Positions 46,228-56,966 of a DNA stretch of 64,000 bases are shown here, piece by piece (positions within the stretch are counted from its first letter, which is position 1; each line of letters starts with the position of its first letter). Position numbers and translations under genes: made by a program. The stretch lies in NCBI GenBank assembly GCA_037442305.1, contig JBBIQN010000010.1, positions 394 through 64,393 of the forward strand, written 5' to 3'. The stretch is from Candidatus Bipolaricaulota bacterium. GTDB taxonomy: Bacteria; Bipolaricaulota; Bipolaricaulia; Bipolaricaulales; Bipolaricaulaceae. The notes beneath the pieces were generated by a model. It did not search any database. It was not told the origin of the DNA and saw only the letters and a program-made list of their open reading frames with translations.

Positions 46228-46605
46228 CTACCCCTCCTTGGGACGGCGCATGCCGTACCGGGACCGCCCCTGGCGGCGACCCTCCACCCCCGCGGCGTCC
46301 AGCGCTCCGCGGATGATGTGGTACTTCACCCCGGGGAGGTCCTTCACCCGACCACCCCGCACGAGGACCAGGGAGTGCTCCTGAAGGTTGTGTCCTTCAC
46401 CGGGGATATAGGCCGTGACCTCACGCCCGTTGGAGAGACGTACCCTCGCCACCTTCCGCAGCGCCGAGTTCGGCTTCTTCGGGGTCCGGGTGAACACGCG
46501 CAGACACACACCCCGGCGCTGGGGGCAAGCCGCAAGGGCTACGGACTTACTCTTCCCCCCCTGCGGCTTCCGCCCGTGGCGCACAAGCTGGTTGAACGTT
46601 GGCAT
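46228..46605 (-). CDS. rpsL: 30S ribosomal protein S12
   Basis: [18 protein letters not shown]. Confidence 0.99.
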   Translation of the reverse strand: MPTFNQLVRHGRKPQGGKSKSVALAACPQRRGVCLRVFTRTPKKPNSALRKVARVRLSNGREVTAYIPGEGHNLQEHSLVLVRGGRVKDLPGVKYHIIRGALDAAGVEGRRQGRSRYGMRRPKEG

Positions 46606-46622
46606 GGTTTCTCCTTAGGATT

Positions 46623-49600
46623 TTAGGTTCCCCTCTCTTTGGTTTCAACTGCCTCGGGAGGGGAATCCTCTTCCCTCCCAGGGAAACTCGTGCCCACAGG
46701 GATCCGTTTTCCGACCATGAGACAGGGCTTCAGACCATCGAGGTAGTCGTCCTCCCCGCGCAGCGCGGCATCGGCGAGGACCTTCGTCGTACGCTCAAAC
46801 GAGGCTGCCGCAAGCCACGACTTGCGCAGCAGCGCAGCGCGAGAGATCCGGAAGAGCTCTCGCTCTCCCTGGGGAATCCGATATTCGACCAAGCGCACGG
46901 TCCGCGGCTCGCCGTGGAGATCGACCCGAGCCTGCCTCAACCCAAGAGCAACCGCCCGGTCCAGCACATCACGGGTGATCTCCTCTCCTGCCTCGGCGAG
47001 CGTCGCTCCTCCTCGCGCAAGGGGTGCGAGGAGTTTGGCCCCCACAAGCTCATCCCGACCCCGGCGGATCCTCTCGTTCTCCTCGCTCAGCCGCCGTACC
47101 TCAAGCTGGAAGATCTCCAACGGCACGACGTCGTTCAGGAGAAACGATGCCTCGCCTGGTTCCACGATCCGCACGTTATTGAGAATCTGGCGGATCACGA
47201 CCTCGAAGTGCTTGTCGTTGATGTCCACTCCTTGCGACTTGTACACCTTCTGGAGCTCGACGAGGAGGTACTCTCGCGTCTTCTGAACACCGGCCACTTC
47301 CATGAGGTAGTGCGGGGGGATCACGCCCTTCGACACCGGCTCTCCCCGCTCGACCTTGTCTCCCACGTGGACGATAGTCCCTTCTTCGCACTCCACCTGC
47401 CCCCGGTATCGGAAGCGCACCGTGGCACGGTCGGTGGTGGCTTCCACCCGTTCCACAACAAGGACCTCGCCTGGGGGAAGGTTGACCTGGAAGACCTCCT
47501 GGCCCTCCCGCACCGGCGCACCATGCTCGACCATGGGCACGAGATCGGAGGTGAGAGGAGTAAGCACAGCCCGGCTACCTCCGGCAAGCACAGCGATCGA
47601 CCGTTGTCCAACAAGGACCGTCCCTCCCACCTCGGCCCGCACAACGAGGGGGCGGGAGCGGGTCGCAAGCCTAGTGCCTTCGTCTACCTCCGCACCGTCT
47701 GGAACGAGGATCTGAGACCCGTAAGGGGCCTCGTATTCCCGAACCTCGCCCCCCCTCCCATGCACCACGATCCGCCGCGCCCCCCCTTCCTGGCGCACCT
47801 CAACTCGGCCCGCAATCGCGGCGACGGGAGCCTTGACATGGTACTCCGCGGTCAGTGCCTCCCCGTCCTCCACCTGTTCTCGGTGTTGGACCCGCATCTT
47901 TGCCTCCGGTGGCAGGACGTACAGCCGATCCAGTCCCGCTTCGTCGAGCACTGCGATGTACCTTTCCCCTCCCTCCTCGAACGCGAATGCCCGCCCCTCG
48001 ATCGGGCTTCGGAGGGAACGGAACTTAGCGAACTCCACCTCCTCTCCCTCGGCGGTGTGGAGGAACACCCGTGGGACAACGACCGTATGAGGTTCGGACG
48101 TGATCTCGACCACCTCGTGCCCAGCGCGGGTGGTCTCCAGCCGGGTGACCTTCCCTGAGAGGGGCGCAATGGTGGCATGAGCTGCCTTCGTAGTCTTGCG
48201 GGCCTCAAAGAGCTCTTCGGCGCGGGGGAGGCCCTGGGTGATGTCCAGGCCCGCCACGCCCCCCGTGTGGAAGGTCCGCATGGTGAGCTGTGTACCCGGC
48301 TCGCCGATCGACTGGGCGGCAATGACCCCCACCGCCGTCCCCCGCTCCACCAACCGATGGAACGCAAGGTCCAGTCCGTAACACATCTGGCACACCCCGC
48401 CCGGGGTCTGGCAGAGGGCCGGAGAGCGAACCACAATCCGCGGGCGCACCCATACCTTTCGAACCCGCGCCTCCAGGAGATCCTCACGAAGTGCCGGGGA
48501 CAGGGTCTCCCCGTCCCGCACCAGAAGCACCCCGGTCTCGGGGTGGTACACGTCGCCCACGACCTTGGTGGAAGAAACGCGGTCCGCGGATCCCTTCGCC
48601 TTGAGGTCGAGCTCAACCTCCAGCCTCCCCACCCTCTCCGCGGTGGGGCGGTCAACCACTATCCCTGCGTCCACCACCACCTCGCCCGTACGGGGGTCGC
48701 GGATGGGCTCTGCAGTCACTCGGCTGTAGATCCGATCGTGGATCTCCTCCATGACCTGACCCCGCGGAGCGAAGTACAAGGGATCGATCTCCACCCCCTG
48801 CCGGGTCCCGCAATCGCGTTCCTTCACGATCGCATCCACACAGGCGTCGACAAGGCGGCGGGTAAGGTAGCCGGCGCTTGCGGTGCGCAACGCCGTGTCC
48901 GCGGTGCCCTTCCGCCCGCCGTGGGTGGAGATGAAGTACTCCAAGATGGACAGCCCCTCGCGGAAGTTGGAGATCACAGGCCACTCCAGAACCTTCCCTT
49001 GCGGATCGGCCATCGGCCCGCGCATCCCCGCGATCTGCTTCACCTGGCCAGCCGACCCCCGGGCTCCCGAGGTCACGATCGCGTGGACCGGGTTGAACGG
49101 CGTACGGGCAAGGTTCTCCATCGTCGCCTTCTCCACCGCGTCCACCGTCTCCCGCCACGCCCGCGTCACCGCCTGGTAGCGCTGCTCCGCCGTGGCCAGG
49201 CCCCGGTCGTACATCCGGTTGATCCGCTCCACCTGGGCCTGGGCCGCCTGAACCAAGGCCGTCTTCTCGGGAGGGATCTCGCAGTCGGGGATCGAGATCG
49301 TGAGGCCGGACAAGGTCGCGTAGCGGAACCCCAGGGCCTTCAGCTCGTCAAGGACCACCGCCGTGCGTTCCCAACCGTAGCGCAGGTGACACTCTCCGAC
49401 CTTGCGGCGCACCTGTCGCACGTCGAACGTCAGCTTGTAGTCGCGGAGATCCCGCGGAAGGGCCTGGTTTAGGATCGCCCGCCCAAGCGTCGTCTCCACC
49501 AACCCCTCGTCCAGGCGGATCCTGACCGAAGAGTGGAGGCCGATCACCCCGTGTCCGTACGCCTTCTCCGCCTCGGACAGGGAGCGGAACACCTTCCCCG

Positions 49601-51572
49601 CGCCCTTGCCTTGGGGATCGACGATCGTCAGGTAGTAGAACCCGTACACCTGGTCCTGGGTGGGAAGGGCCAGGGGGCGCCCATGAGCAGGAGAGATCGT
49701 GTTCCGCGCCGAGAGCATGAGGTCCCACGCTTCCTGGACCGCCTCCTTCCCTAGCGGGAGGTGGACCGCCATCTGGTCTCCATCGAAGTCGGCGTTGTAC
49801 GAGGGGCAAACGTGGGGGTGGATCTGAATCGCATCGCCGTCCACGAGCACGGGTTGGAACGCCTGGATCGAAAGGCGGTGCAAGGTAGGAGCCCGGTTAA
49901 GGAGCACCGGGTACTCCCGGATCAGCTGGTCCAGGACATCCCATACCTCAGGAAGCTCGCCACCGAGGGCCTTGTTTTTGATCTCGTCGTAATCAGCGTA
50001 CGGGAGGTGCTCGAGCCGGGCAAGGATGAACGGCTTGAAGAGCTCCAAGGCCATCTTCTTCGGGATCCCACACTGGTGGATCTTGAGCGCAGGGTTGACC
50101 ACGATCACCGCCCGGCCGGAGTAGTCCACGCGCCGTCCGAGGAGGTGCCGTCGCAGACGCCCCTGTTTCCCCTGGATCCGCTCCGAGAGGGATTTCAGGG
50201 GGCGGTTGTCCCGACCCCGGATTGGGTTGTCCTTCTTCTCGTTGTGGATGAGGGCGTCCACCGCCTCTTGGAGCATCCGGCGCTCGTTGCGGAGGATGAT
50301 CTCGGGGGCCCCCATCTCCCGTAGCTTCTTCAGGCGGTTGTTGCGGTTGATGATCCGCCGGTACAGGTCGTTGAGGTCCGTGGTCGCAAACTTCCCGCCC
50401 TCGAGCTGGATCATCGGCCGCAGCGCCGGGGGAAGAACAGGGATGATCTCCAGAACAAGGTTTCGCGGGTCGTTTCCCGACTGACGGAGCTGGTCCACGA
50501 CTTCCAACCGGTGGAGAATGCGCCGCCTCTCCCCTTGGTTTGCGGTGTGATCGAGCTCGTCCCACAGCTCGTCGGCAAGGGCGTCGAGATTGAGCGCCCC
50601 AAGGAGGCGCTCGATTCCTTCGGCCCCGGTGGCCGCCTCGAGTCCTCCCGGGAAACAGCGCTCGTAGGCCCGCACCTCGAGGGAGGACAGCTCCTGGCCC
50701 ACCCGGAGGGGAACGTTCTCTCCCGCCCGCACGACGAGGTGGGCGAGGTTGTCGACCACCTCCTGGATCGGGTGCCCTGCTACCCCCTCATAGCGCGCCC
50801 GCAGCATCTCAAACATCGTCTGCGAGCACAATTCGCCGACCGGCTGTTCGCACAGGGTCTCCCCGACACCCACGCTATCCCCGTCCTCGACGAACACCTC
50901 AGCATTCGCCGCCACAGGGTACTCGTGGCGCCCGATCACGAGGGCCCGGAACGTCTCCCCATTGGCCAGCCGTCGCCCCTCGACTTGGACGTCCCCTTCG
51001 TCTTCAGCCACCAATCGGGGGGCTTTCGTAACCAGATAGGCCGGCTCGACCTGGAACGTGAACGCGGTAGCGAGAATCCGAACTTCCGTTCCGTAGAGCG
51101 TCTCCCCGGGCCGGACTTTCGGGGAACCGGATTGGGTAACGACGAACAGGTCCTCGCGGGAAGTTTCCGTCTCGTAGTACGCGATGCGCCTTAAATCGCG
51201 GCGCTTGATCCCGAGGAGCCGGGACAGAGGGCTTGCCACCCCTTTGAGGTACCAAAAGTGGACCACCGGGCTCGCGAGGCGGATGTGCCCCATGTTCGAT
51301 CGCCGCACTGCGGAGTCCGTCACGAGGACCCCGCACTTGTCGCACGTGATGCCTTCGTACTTCTTCCCGCGGTACTTGCCGCACGCGCACTCGTAATCGT
51401 TTTCAGGACCGAAGATTTCCTCCGCGTACAGGCCGCCGCGCTCCGGCTTGTGGCTCCGGTAGTTGATCGTTTCCGAATTGGTCACCTCCCCGCGCGACCA
51501 CGCGAGCATCTCCTCACTGGACGCCAGCCCAAGCCTGATCCGCCTGATACCGTCTCCGGAAATGATCACCAC
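46623..51572 (-). CDS. rpoC: RNA polymerase beta-prime subunit with lineage-specific insertions
   Basis: [31 protein letters not shown]. Confidence 0.99.
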   Translation of the reverse strand: MVIISGDGIRRIRLGLASSEEMLAWSRGEVTNSETINYRSHKPERGGLYAEEIFGPENDYECACGKYRGKKYEGITCDKCGVLVTDSAVRRSNMGHIRLASPVVHFWYLKGVASPLSRLLGIKRRDLRRIAYYETETSREDLFVVTQSGSPKVRPGETLYGTEVRILATAFTFQVEPAYLVTKAPRLVAEDEGDVQVEGRRLANGETFRALVIGRHEYPVAANAEVFVEDGDSVGVGETLCEQPVGELCSQTMFEMLRARYEGVAGHPIQEVVDNLAHLVVRAGENVPLRVGQELSSLEVRAYERCFPGGLEAATGAEGIERLLGALNLDALADELWDELDHTANQGERRRILHRLEVVDQLRQSGNDPRNLVLEIIPVLPPALRPMIQLEGGKFATTDLNDLYRRIINRNNRLKKLREMGAPEIILRNERRMLQEAVDALIHNEKKDNPIRGRDNRPLKSLSERIQGKQGRLRRHLLGRRVDYSGRAVIVVNPALKIHQCGIPKKMALELFKPFILARLEHLPYADYDEIKNKALGGELPEVWDVLDQLIREYPVLLNRAPTLHRLSIQAFQPVLVDGDAIQIHPHVCPSYNADFDGDQMAVHLPLGKEAVQEAWDLMLSARNTISPAHGRPLALPTQDQVYGFYYLTIVDPQGKGAGKVFRSLSEAEKAYGHGVIGLHSSVRIRLDEGLVETTLGRAILNQALPRDLRDYKLTFDVRQVRRKVGECHLRYGWERTAVVLDELKALGFRYATLSGLTISIPDCEIPPEKTALVQAAQAQVERINRMYDRGLATAEQRYQAVTRAWRETVDAVEKATMENLARTPFNPVHAIVTSGARGSAGQVKQIAGMRGPMADPQGKVLEWPVISNFREGLSILEYFISTHGGRKGTADTALRTASAGYLTRRLVDACVDAIVKERDCGTRQGVEIDPLYFAPRGQVMEEIHDRIYSRVTAEPIRDPRTGEVVVDAGIVVDRPTAERVGRLEVELDLKAKGSADRVSSTKVVGDVYHPETGVLLVRDGETLSPALREDLLEARVRKVWVRPRIVVRSPALCQTPGGVCQMCYGLDLAFHRLVERGTAVGVIAAQSIGEPGTQLTMRTFHTGGVAGLDITQGLPRAEELFEARKTTKAAHATIAPLSGKVTRLETTRAGHEVVEITSEPHTVVVPRVFLHTAEGEEVEFAKFRSLRSPIEGRAFAFEEGGERYIAVLDEAGLDRLYVLPPEAKMRVQHREQVEDGEALTAEYHVKAPVAAIAGRVEVRQEGGARRIVVHGRGGEVREYEAPYGSQILVPDGAEVDEGTRLATRSRPLVVRAEVGGTVLVGQRSIAVLAGGSRAVLTPLTSDLVPMVEHGAPVREGQEVFQVNLPPGEVLVVERVEATTDRATVRFRYRGQVECEEGTIVHVGDKVERGEPVSKGVIPPHYLMEVAGVQKTREYLLVELQKVYKSQGVDINDKHFEVVIRQILNNVRIVEPGEASFLLNDVVPLEIFQLEVRRLSEENERIRRGRDELVGAKLLAPLARGGATLAEAGEEITRDVLDRAVALGLRQARVDLHGEPRTVRLVEYRIPQGERELFRISRAALLRKSWLAAASFERTTKVLADAALRGEDDYLDGLKPCLMVGKRIPVGTSFPGREEDSPPEAVETKERGT

Positions 51573-51587
51573 ATCACCTCAAGCGAT

Positions 51588-51812
51588 CTAGGAACCGTCC
51601 TCAGAAGAGCTGGACCCGCCTTCGGACCGCGCCCGGCGGTAGTCCGTGGCGTAGAACCCGCTCCCCTTGTAGACCACTCCGAACCGCGGCAGAAGCCGCG
51701 TCACCTCCGCCGTGCCGCACCCCGGGCACCGCTCAAGCGCCCGCTCCTTGGGCTGGCGAAGCTCGCGGAACTCCATCCCACAGCGAGCGCAGCGGTAACG
51801 ATGAATGGGCAT
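51588..51812 (-). CDS. FmdB-family zinc-ribbon protein
   Basis: MPIHRYRCARCG...CPGCG...KGSGFYATDY. Confidence 0.92.
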   Translation of the reverse strand: MPIHRYRCARCGMEFRELRQPKERALERCPGCGTAEVTRLLPRFGVVYKGSGFYATDYRRARSEGGSSSSEDGS

Positions 51813-51866
51813 ACGCTTCCCTCCTTCAGATGCCGTCCCGGAAATACCCCATCACACCAGCCGCCA

Positions 51867-51894
51867 ATTGTAAGCCCACTCAGGGGGAGATCAA
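51867..51894 (-). promoter_or_regulatory. sigma70 promoter for the fmdB-rpoC-ribosomal protein superoperon
   Basis: TTGATC-16 nt-TACAAT. Confidence 0.6.
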
Positions 51895-52866
51895 GGCCGG
51901 GGCCGCGCCCTCCCCAGCGCTGATCCGCATCTGACGCGTCTCTCCTTCCCATTCACAGCGAAAGCGGACCACCCATGTCGCCAGGCGGGGCAGCCCCGCC
52001 ACTTCGGCCATCCGCTCTGCGGCAGAGGCGATGATCCTTTCCCTCTCCTCTGGGGTATGCCGGTGCCAGCTCGCCCGGACCAAGGCCAGAGGAGTTCCCG
52101 GCGTCTGGACGTAAAGGCGGACATCGGTGGGCAGGAACAGGGGCTGCAGACGCGCCTGCTCCTCAGGGGGCACCGCTACCACAACGCGCGCCCCTTCCAC
52201 CAGACGGTACGAGTGGTCGAACCGAAGCAGCTGAATCATGTTCTCCGTGAGATCCGTTTCGGAATCGAACTCCCGCAGCCGGCGGACGAACGCCTCATCC
52301 GTGAGCAAACACTCCTGCCCAAGAGGTAGGCGCGGGAGGTCGAGCTCCCGCCGTGCTGCCTCCAGCTTCCCCTCCAGAACGTCCCCCGCCTCGAGATCGA
52401 GGAACGTCTTTCGGTTCAGCCCTAGCTCCTCGGCTCGCGTCGCCGGAAGAAGCCGTGCCGAAAGCGGCCGCAGCACACGTCCCGTCAAGCCCGCCGCTTG
52501 GTCGAGGCTCAGAAGGTCGGCTGCTCCTAACCCCCGCTGCCCCACGACTTCCCCCGTCACCACGAGGTCGGCATGGAGTCGCTGAGCGAGCCTTTTTGCC
52601 CGCACCAGAAGGAGCCACCGACAGGTTCCGCAGGGGAAGGAAAAGCGGCTTTCCCTCTGGCCAAGATGCAGGAAGTCGCGCTTGAGGGTGATGCACTGAA
52701 AACGAGCGCCTAGCAGTATCGTACGCGCGCGAAGGCCCACTTCCTCCTCTGCCGGGAAGAACGGGGATCGGAAGTAGACGATCCGCAGGGGCCTCACCCC
52801 CGCTCGCTCGGCCAGTCGCACCGCCAGCGCACTGGCCAAGCTCCCCGAGTACAGAGCGAGAGCCAG
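51880..52866 (-). CDS. ThiI/DUF814-type tRNA thiouridylase-like protein with degenerate PP-loop; probable CTG start
   Basis: ALYSGSLAS, PCGTCR, VTGEVVGQ, LRPLSARLLP, CLLTD; GGAGG 7 nt before CTG at 52866. Confidence 0.7.
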   Translation of the reverse strand: MALALYSGSLASALAVRLAERAGVRPLRIVYFRSPFFPAEEEVGLRARTILLGARFQCITLKRDFLHLGQRESRFSFPCGTCRWLLLVRAKRLAQRLHADLVVTGEVVGQRGLGAADLLSLDQAAGLTGRVLRPLSARLLPATRAEELGLNRKTFLDLEAGDVLEGKLEAARRELDLPRLPLGQECLLTDEAFVRRLREFDSETDLTENMIQLLRFDHSYRLVEGARVVVAVPPEEQARLQPLFLPTDVRLYVQTPGTPLALVRASWHRHTPEERERIIASAAERMAEVAGLPRLATWVVRFRCEWEGETRQMRISAGEGAAPALISP

Positions 52867-52882
52867 CGTCCCTCCTCCCTTC

Positions 52883-53401
52883 CTACCTGCGGGGAACCAC
52901 GAGACCGTAGGAGCCGTCCCCGCGAGAGAACAGAACCGCCGGCTGATGGTCTTCGGCCCGGAAGAAGACGAGGAACTCCCGGTTGCTCCGTTCGATCTCC
53001 TGCACCGCGTCGTTCAGGGTGAGGGGTTCCCGCACGTAGTCGTCCACGACTTCAACTCGAGGGCCGGGCGTCGCTTTCCGACCCGGCGGCGGCGCCGGAC
53101 GCCCGCCCTTACGCGCCACCCGCAACTGCTCTTTGTATCGCACGAGCTGACGCTGCATCTTGTCCACCGCCTGATCGATCGACGCATGCATGTCGCCCGT
53201 CTCGACCTCAGCTTTGACCACCTTGTGGTTGACGAGGTAGCCCATCATCTGCACCCGTTGGGCTGGCCCCTCCACCTCAAGGATAACGTCCAATTTAAGG
53301 ACCTTGTCGAAGTACCGCGATAGCGCCTCCACCTTCTTTTCTACGTATTTTGTCAAGGCATCCGAGTCCGAAGCGTACCGTTCTTCGACGTGAAGCCTCA
53401 T
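52883..53401 (-). CDS. hpf: Ribosome hibernation promoting factor (long HPF/RaiA)
   Basis: YVEKKV..L.RYF, DMHASID..KMQRQL; C-terminal FLVF...YGLV domain. Confidence 0.9.
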   Translation of the reverse strand: MRLHVEERYASDSDALTKYVEKKVEALSRYFDKVLKLDVILEVEGPAQRVQMMGYLVNHKVVKAEVETGDMHASIDQAVDKMQRQLVRYKEQLRVARKGGRPAPPPGRKATPGPRVEVVDDYVREPLTLNDAVQEIERSNREFLVFFRAEDHQPAVLFSRGDGSYGLVVPRR

Positions 53402-53430
53402 GATAAGGTATCCCCTCCTCGGTCGGATGG

Positions 53431-53460
53431 ATTCTACTACATCCGCAGGTCGAGCGTCAA
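53431..53460 (-). promoter_or_regulatory. sigma70 promoter for hpf
   Basis: TTGACG-18 nt-TAGAAT. Confidence 0.6.
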
Positions 53461-54824
53461 GGGAGGTAAGCTAAATCACATTCAGCAGGGGCAAGGCCTG
53501 AGATTTGCCGGCGGAGATAGGCCGCCAAGCGCCGCGTCCCGTCCGGACCAAGCTCGGAGGCGAAGCCCGAGAACGCCTCGTCCACGAACTGGCGCACCGC
53601 CCCCCGGTAGGTAAGTCCCCGTGCCCACCGTTCGTAGGTCACAAGCCCTACCTCGAGCGCCTCCCGGGGAGGCTCGACGCGGAGGAGGGATTCCGGGCAA
53701 TCCACCCACGCCGCAAGCTCGTGGGTTGTGTACGCGCTCGGTTCATGGGCCACGAGGAACCCCACCACCCGCTGATGGACAGGAGGGGTGCGCCGCAAGC
53801 GGCGCAGGAGGCGTTCCACGCGCAGGAGGACCGGTTCGGGAAGGCCCCTCTCGACAGCGGTGTCCTCGGAAAGAAGTGCTACCGCAGACGGAGCAGCCGC
53901 CGTCTCCTCTTCATCCCCTGGCGGGGCAGGATGGGGGGCAAACCCTCGGGTCCGGTCGGCCTGCTCAGGAGAAGGCTCGTTCCCGTGTTGCGCCCGGGCC
54001 AAGGCCTCCACAACGCGTGCCCGCACGTGGCGAAGCCTGGGGGATTCCACCGGGTGGAACGACGGCGTGTACCCGCCGTGGAACGTGTCCCGCACCCGGA
54101 TCTTCACCTTCCTGGCCTCCGCCCCCGCCAGGAAGATGCACTCCCCAACCCCAAGCTGGGTCACGACGTCCTTGGCTTCAGACTTCCGCCAGGGCAGAAG
54201 TTCCCCGTACACCCTCATGTCCGCTTCGTGGACCACCCGATGGAGAAAGAGCATCCCCGCCTGGGTCAAGACATCCTTCTCCACCTTGGCCGACCGCTGG
54301 GAGATCACGACTGCGCCCAGACCCCGCTTGCGGCCGCGGAGGGCGATGCGGGCGATGACGTCCTTGAGCCGGGTCCGCACCCCCTGGGGAATGAACTCGT
54401 GGCACTCCTCAATTCCGATCATGTACGGGGTCCGAAGCCGGCCGGCGAGGGTCCACAGGCGGGTCAGGTAGTCGAACACGATCGTCTCCCGCTCCCCCCC
54501 AAGGAGGTCGGAGACGTCGAGGATCACCGGGACCCCCTCGTGGAGGGACAGGTTCGCCACCTCACCTACCGTAGCCATGTTCAGCTCCACATCGGCATGG
54601 TCCCCTCCCCCAACCACAAGCAGCTCGTACTTCTCTTTGAGGCCGAAGTACTCGCCATCGATATCGATCAGGGACAGCGGGTAGTGCGCGGCGAGGAGCT
54701 CTTCAAAGATCACCCCCGCGGTGTTGGACTTCCCTGAACCGCGGATGCCAAGAATGGCCACGCACTGTCCAACGACTTCCTCCACAGGGACGGTCAACTC
54801 CAGGCCAAGGTTGAGGACGCTCAT
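53457..54824 (-). CDS. HerA/FtsK-superfamily (DUF87) ATPase with C-terminal wHTH-like region
   Basis: Walker A GIRGSGKS, IDIDGEY, Walker B IEECH, RGRKRG, ISQR. Confidence 0.85.
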   Translation of the reverse strand: MSVLNLGLELTVPVEEVVGQCVAILGIRGSGKSNTAGVIFEELLAAHYPLSLIDIDGEYFGLKEKYELLVVGGGDHADVELNMATVGEVANLSLHEGVPVILDVSDLLGGERETIVFDYLTRLWTLAGRLRTPYMIGIEECHEFIPQGVRTRLKDVIARIALRGRKRGLGAVVISQRSAKVEKDVLTQAGMLFLHRVVHEADMRVYGELLPWRKSEAKDVVTQLGVGECIFLAGAEARKVKIRVRDTFHGGYTPSFHPVESPRLRHVRARVVEALARAQHGNEPSPEQADRTRGFAPHPAPPGDEEETAAAPSAVALLSEDTAVERGLPEPVLLRVERLLRRLRRTPPVHQRVVGFLVAHEPSAYTTHELAAWVDCPESLLRVEPPREALEVGLVTYERWARGLTYRGAVRQFVDEAFSGFASELGPDGTRRLAAYLRRQISGLAPAECDLAYLP

Positions 54825-54891
54825 TGTCCCTCACGGTAGCCGCAGCCCATCACTCCTGGCGAGGGAAGACGCCAGCGTCCGTGGGGACATG
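54822..54891 (-). promoter_or_regulatory. Structured 5' leader that sequesters the RBS and start codon of the ATPase
   Basis: CAUGUCCCCACGG pairs with CCGUG(A)GGGACA(A)UG; inner hairpin CUGGCG/CGCCAG. Confidence 0.45.
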
Positions 54892-54907
54892 CAGGGCGGG
54901 TTTGAAC

Positions 54908-56335
54908 TTACCTTTGACCTCGCGCGAGCTTGGTGGCGAGCGCCAGCGCCTCCTCTCGGGTCGAGATCTCGCCGGCAAGGATCCGCTCGTGGACCAGATC
55001 TAGCACCTCCCCCACCCTCGGTCCAGGGGGCATGCCCATGGCAAGGAGGTCGTCCCCGGTGAGGAGCTCCCGGGCGCGGCGGATCCCGTGGATCCGCCGG
55101 AGATGAACAAGGAGATCCACCGTCCGTGCCACGAGGGGCTCCCAAGCCGAGGCCCGATGGCCGCTTGCCTCGGCATCGCACACGACGAGGCGGACGAGGT
55201 CCGAAAACAACGGGAACCTCCGGGAGAGGACTTCAAGGGGGGCTCCCGCGTCTTCCCCCTCCCCAAGGAGACGGACCTGCTTTCCCAGGCCCATCTCCGG
55301 CAGGCGGGCCACCCGCATGTGCTCTCGCACCAGGTAAGCGACCCATTCCCCATCTCGTTTGGGAAGCCTGAGCCGAACAAGGGCCCGAGCGGCGATGTCC
55401 GCGCCCAAGGTGCAGTGCCCGCCCATGTTCTCCCCCCCGGAGCGCGCGAGCGCCGTGGGCTTCCCTACATCGTGGAAGAGCACGGCCAGCTTGAGCCGGG
55501 GATCGTCCCACAGGCCGTCGGCTACCTGAAGCGCGGCCACGGTATGAGCGAACACATCCCCCTCGGGGTGGTACTCCGGGGGTTGGTCCACCCCATGCAG
55601 GGCCGCGATCTCGGGAAGGACGTGCCCAAGGAGCCCCAACCGATCGAGGAGGAGGATCCCCTCCCCGGAGCGGGGGGTGACGAGGATACGCAGGATCTCA
55701 TCCCGGATCCGTTCCCAGGACACGGCGGTGATCCGCGCGGCGTGGTCACGAATCGCGGCGGCGGTCCTCTCCTCGATCGCGAACCCAAGTTGGCAGGCAA
55801 ACCGCACTGCGCGGAGCATCCGCAGGTGGTCCTCGGCAAACCGCGCCCCCGGATCCCCGATCGCCCGGAGAAGGCGCGCCTGAAGGTCGGGGATCCCCCC
55901 TACCCGGTCCAGAACCTCCCCGTCGGCGGTGGCCACCAGGCCGTTCACGGTGAAGTCCCGGCGCAGTACGTCCTCGTCCAGCGTCCCCCGCTGCACCCGG
56001 CCGGGCCGCCGGCCATTGCGGTAGTCCCCCTCGGTGCGAAACGAGGCCACCTCGTAGGAGTGACCATCGGGGGCCACCGCCACCACGACCCCGAAGCTCT
56101 CCCCCACGGTGAGGACCTTGAACTCGGGAACGAGGCGCCGCACCTCTCTGGGGGACGCGGAAGTCGCGATATCGACGTCCTGCGCGCGGAAGGGTTCGCC
56201 GTGAAGTTCGGCCCACAGCGCATCGCGCACCGCTCCTCCCACGAGGACAGCCGTATGGCCTCCCTCCCGCAGCCGGCGGAGGATCTCCCGGGCACCGGGG
56301 TGCTCGGAAAGCAGCCGTTCCACGCAAACGCGCAC
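54908..56335 (-). CDS. cca: tRNA nucleotidyltransferase (CCA-adding) with HD domain
   Basis: VGGAVRD, DVDIAT, RRDFTVN, EDHLRMLR, HDVGK; start approximate. Confidence 0.9.
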   Translation of the reverse strand: MRVCVERLLSEHPGAREILRRLREGGHTAVLVGGAVRDALWAELHGEPFRAQDVDIATSASPREVRRLVPEFKVLTVGESFGVVVAVAPDGHSYEVASFRTEGDYRNGRRPGRVQRGTLDEDVLRRDFTVNGLVATADGEVLDRVGGIPDLQARLLRAIGDPGARFAEDHLRMLRAVRFACQLGFAIEERTAAAIRDHAARITAVSWERIRDEILRILVTPRSGEGILLLDRLGLLGHVLPEIAALHGVDQPPEYHPEGDVFAHTVAALQVADGLWDDPRLKLAVLFHDVGKPTALARSGGENMGGHCTLGADIAARALVRLRLPKRDGEWVAYLVREHMRVARLPEMGLGKQVRLLGEGEDAGAPLEVLSRRFPLFSDLVRLVVCDAEASGHRASAWEPLVARTVDLLVHLRRIHGIRRARELLTGDDLLAMGMPPGPRVGEVLDLVHERILAGEISTREEALALATKLARGQR

Positions 56336-56404
56336 GAGGGGGATTATCGCCCGGTTGCGGAGAGATCTCACCAGGGCTAGGATTCGCGGGCAAGGGGGTC
56401 GGTC

Positions 56405-56962
56405 ATGGAACACACACTCCTCGGGCAGACACGGGAACACATGACGCGGACGGTGGACGTGCTCCAGGGCGAGCTAGCGAAGATCCACACCGGGAGAGCG
56501 CACCCCGCGCTGGTGGAATCGGTGACGGTGGACTACTACGGAACCCCCACCCCGCTTAGGCACGTGGCCCATGTGGTCGCCCCTGATCCCGACCTCATCA
56601 TCGTCCGCCCGTTTGATCGCAGCCAGATCCCGGCGATCGAGAAGGCGGTGCTCGCAGCGGATCTGGGCCTCAACCCGCAGAACGATGGCCAGGTGATCCG
56701 GATCAAGGTCCCCCGGCTCTCTGAGGAGCGGCGAAGCGAGCTCGTGAAGCTCGTCGGGAAGCGAGCTGAGGAGGCGAAGGTCGCCCTGCGCAACGTACGG
56801 CGGGACGCGCGGGAGAAGCTTGATCAGGAGCGCAAGGACGGCCGGCTGGCCGAGGACGCCTTGTTCCGGCTGCGGGAGGAGCTCGACGCGATCACGGCCG
56901 AGCACACCAAGAAGGCTGACGCACTTGCGGAGAAGAAAGCTCACGAGATGCGCACCCTGTGA
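56405..56962 (+). CDS. frr: Ribosome recycling factor
   Basis: TGRAHP, YYGTPTPL, LGLNP, LRNVRR. Confidence 0.97.
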   Translation: MEHTLLGQTREHMTRTVDVLQGELAKIHTGRAHPALVESVTVDYYGTPTPLRHVAHVVAPDPDLIIVRPFDRSQIPAIEKAVLAADLGLNPQNDGQVIRIKVPRLSEERRSELVKLVGKRAEEAKVALRNVRRDAREKLDQERKDGRLAEDALFRLREELDAITAEHTKKADALAEKKAHEMRTL

Positions 56963-56966
56963 GCCC

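Noticed and set aside
51813-51866. Fluoride riboswitch-like GTGATGG in the fmdB leader
   Set aside because: Lacks the downstream GCTRATGAC/CTAC elements and the pseudoknot.
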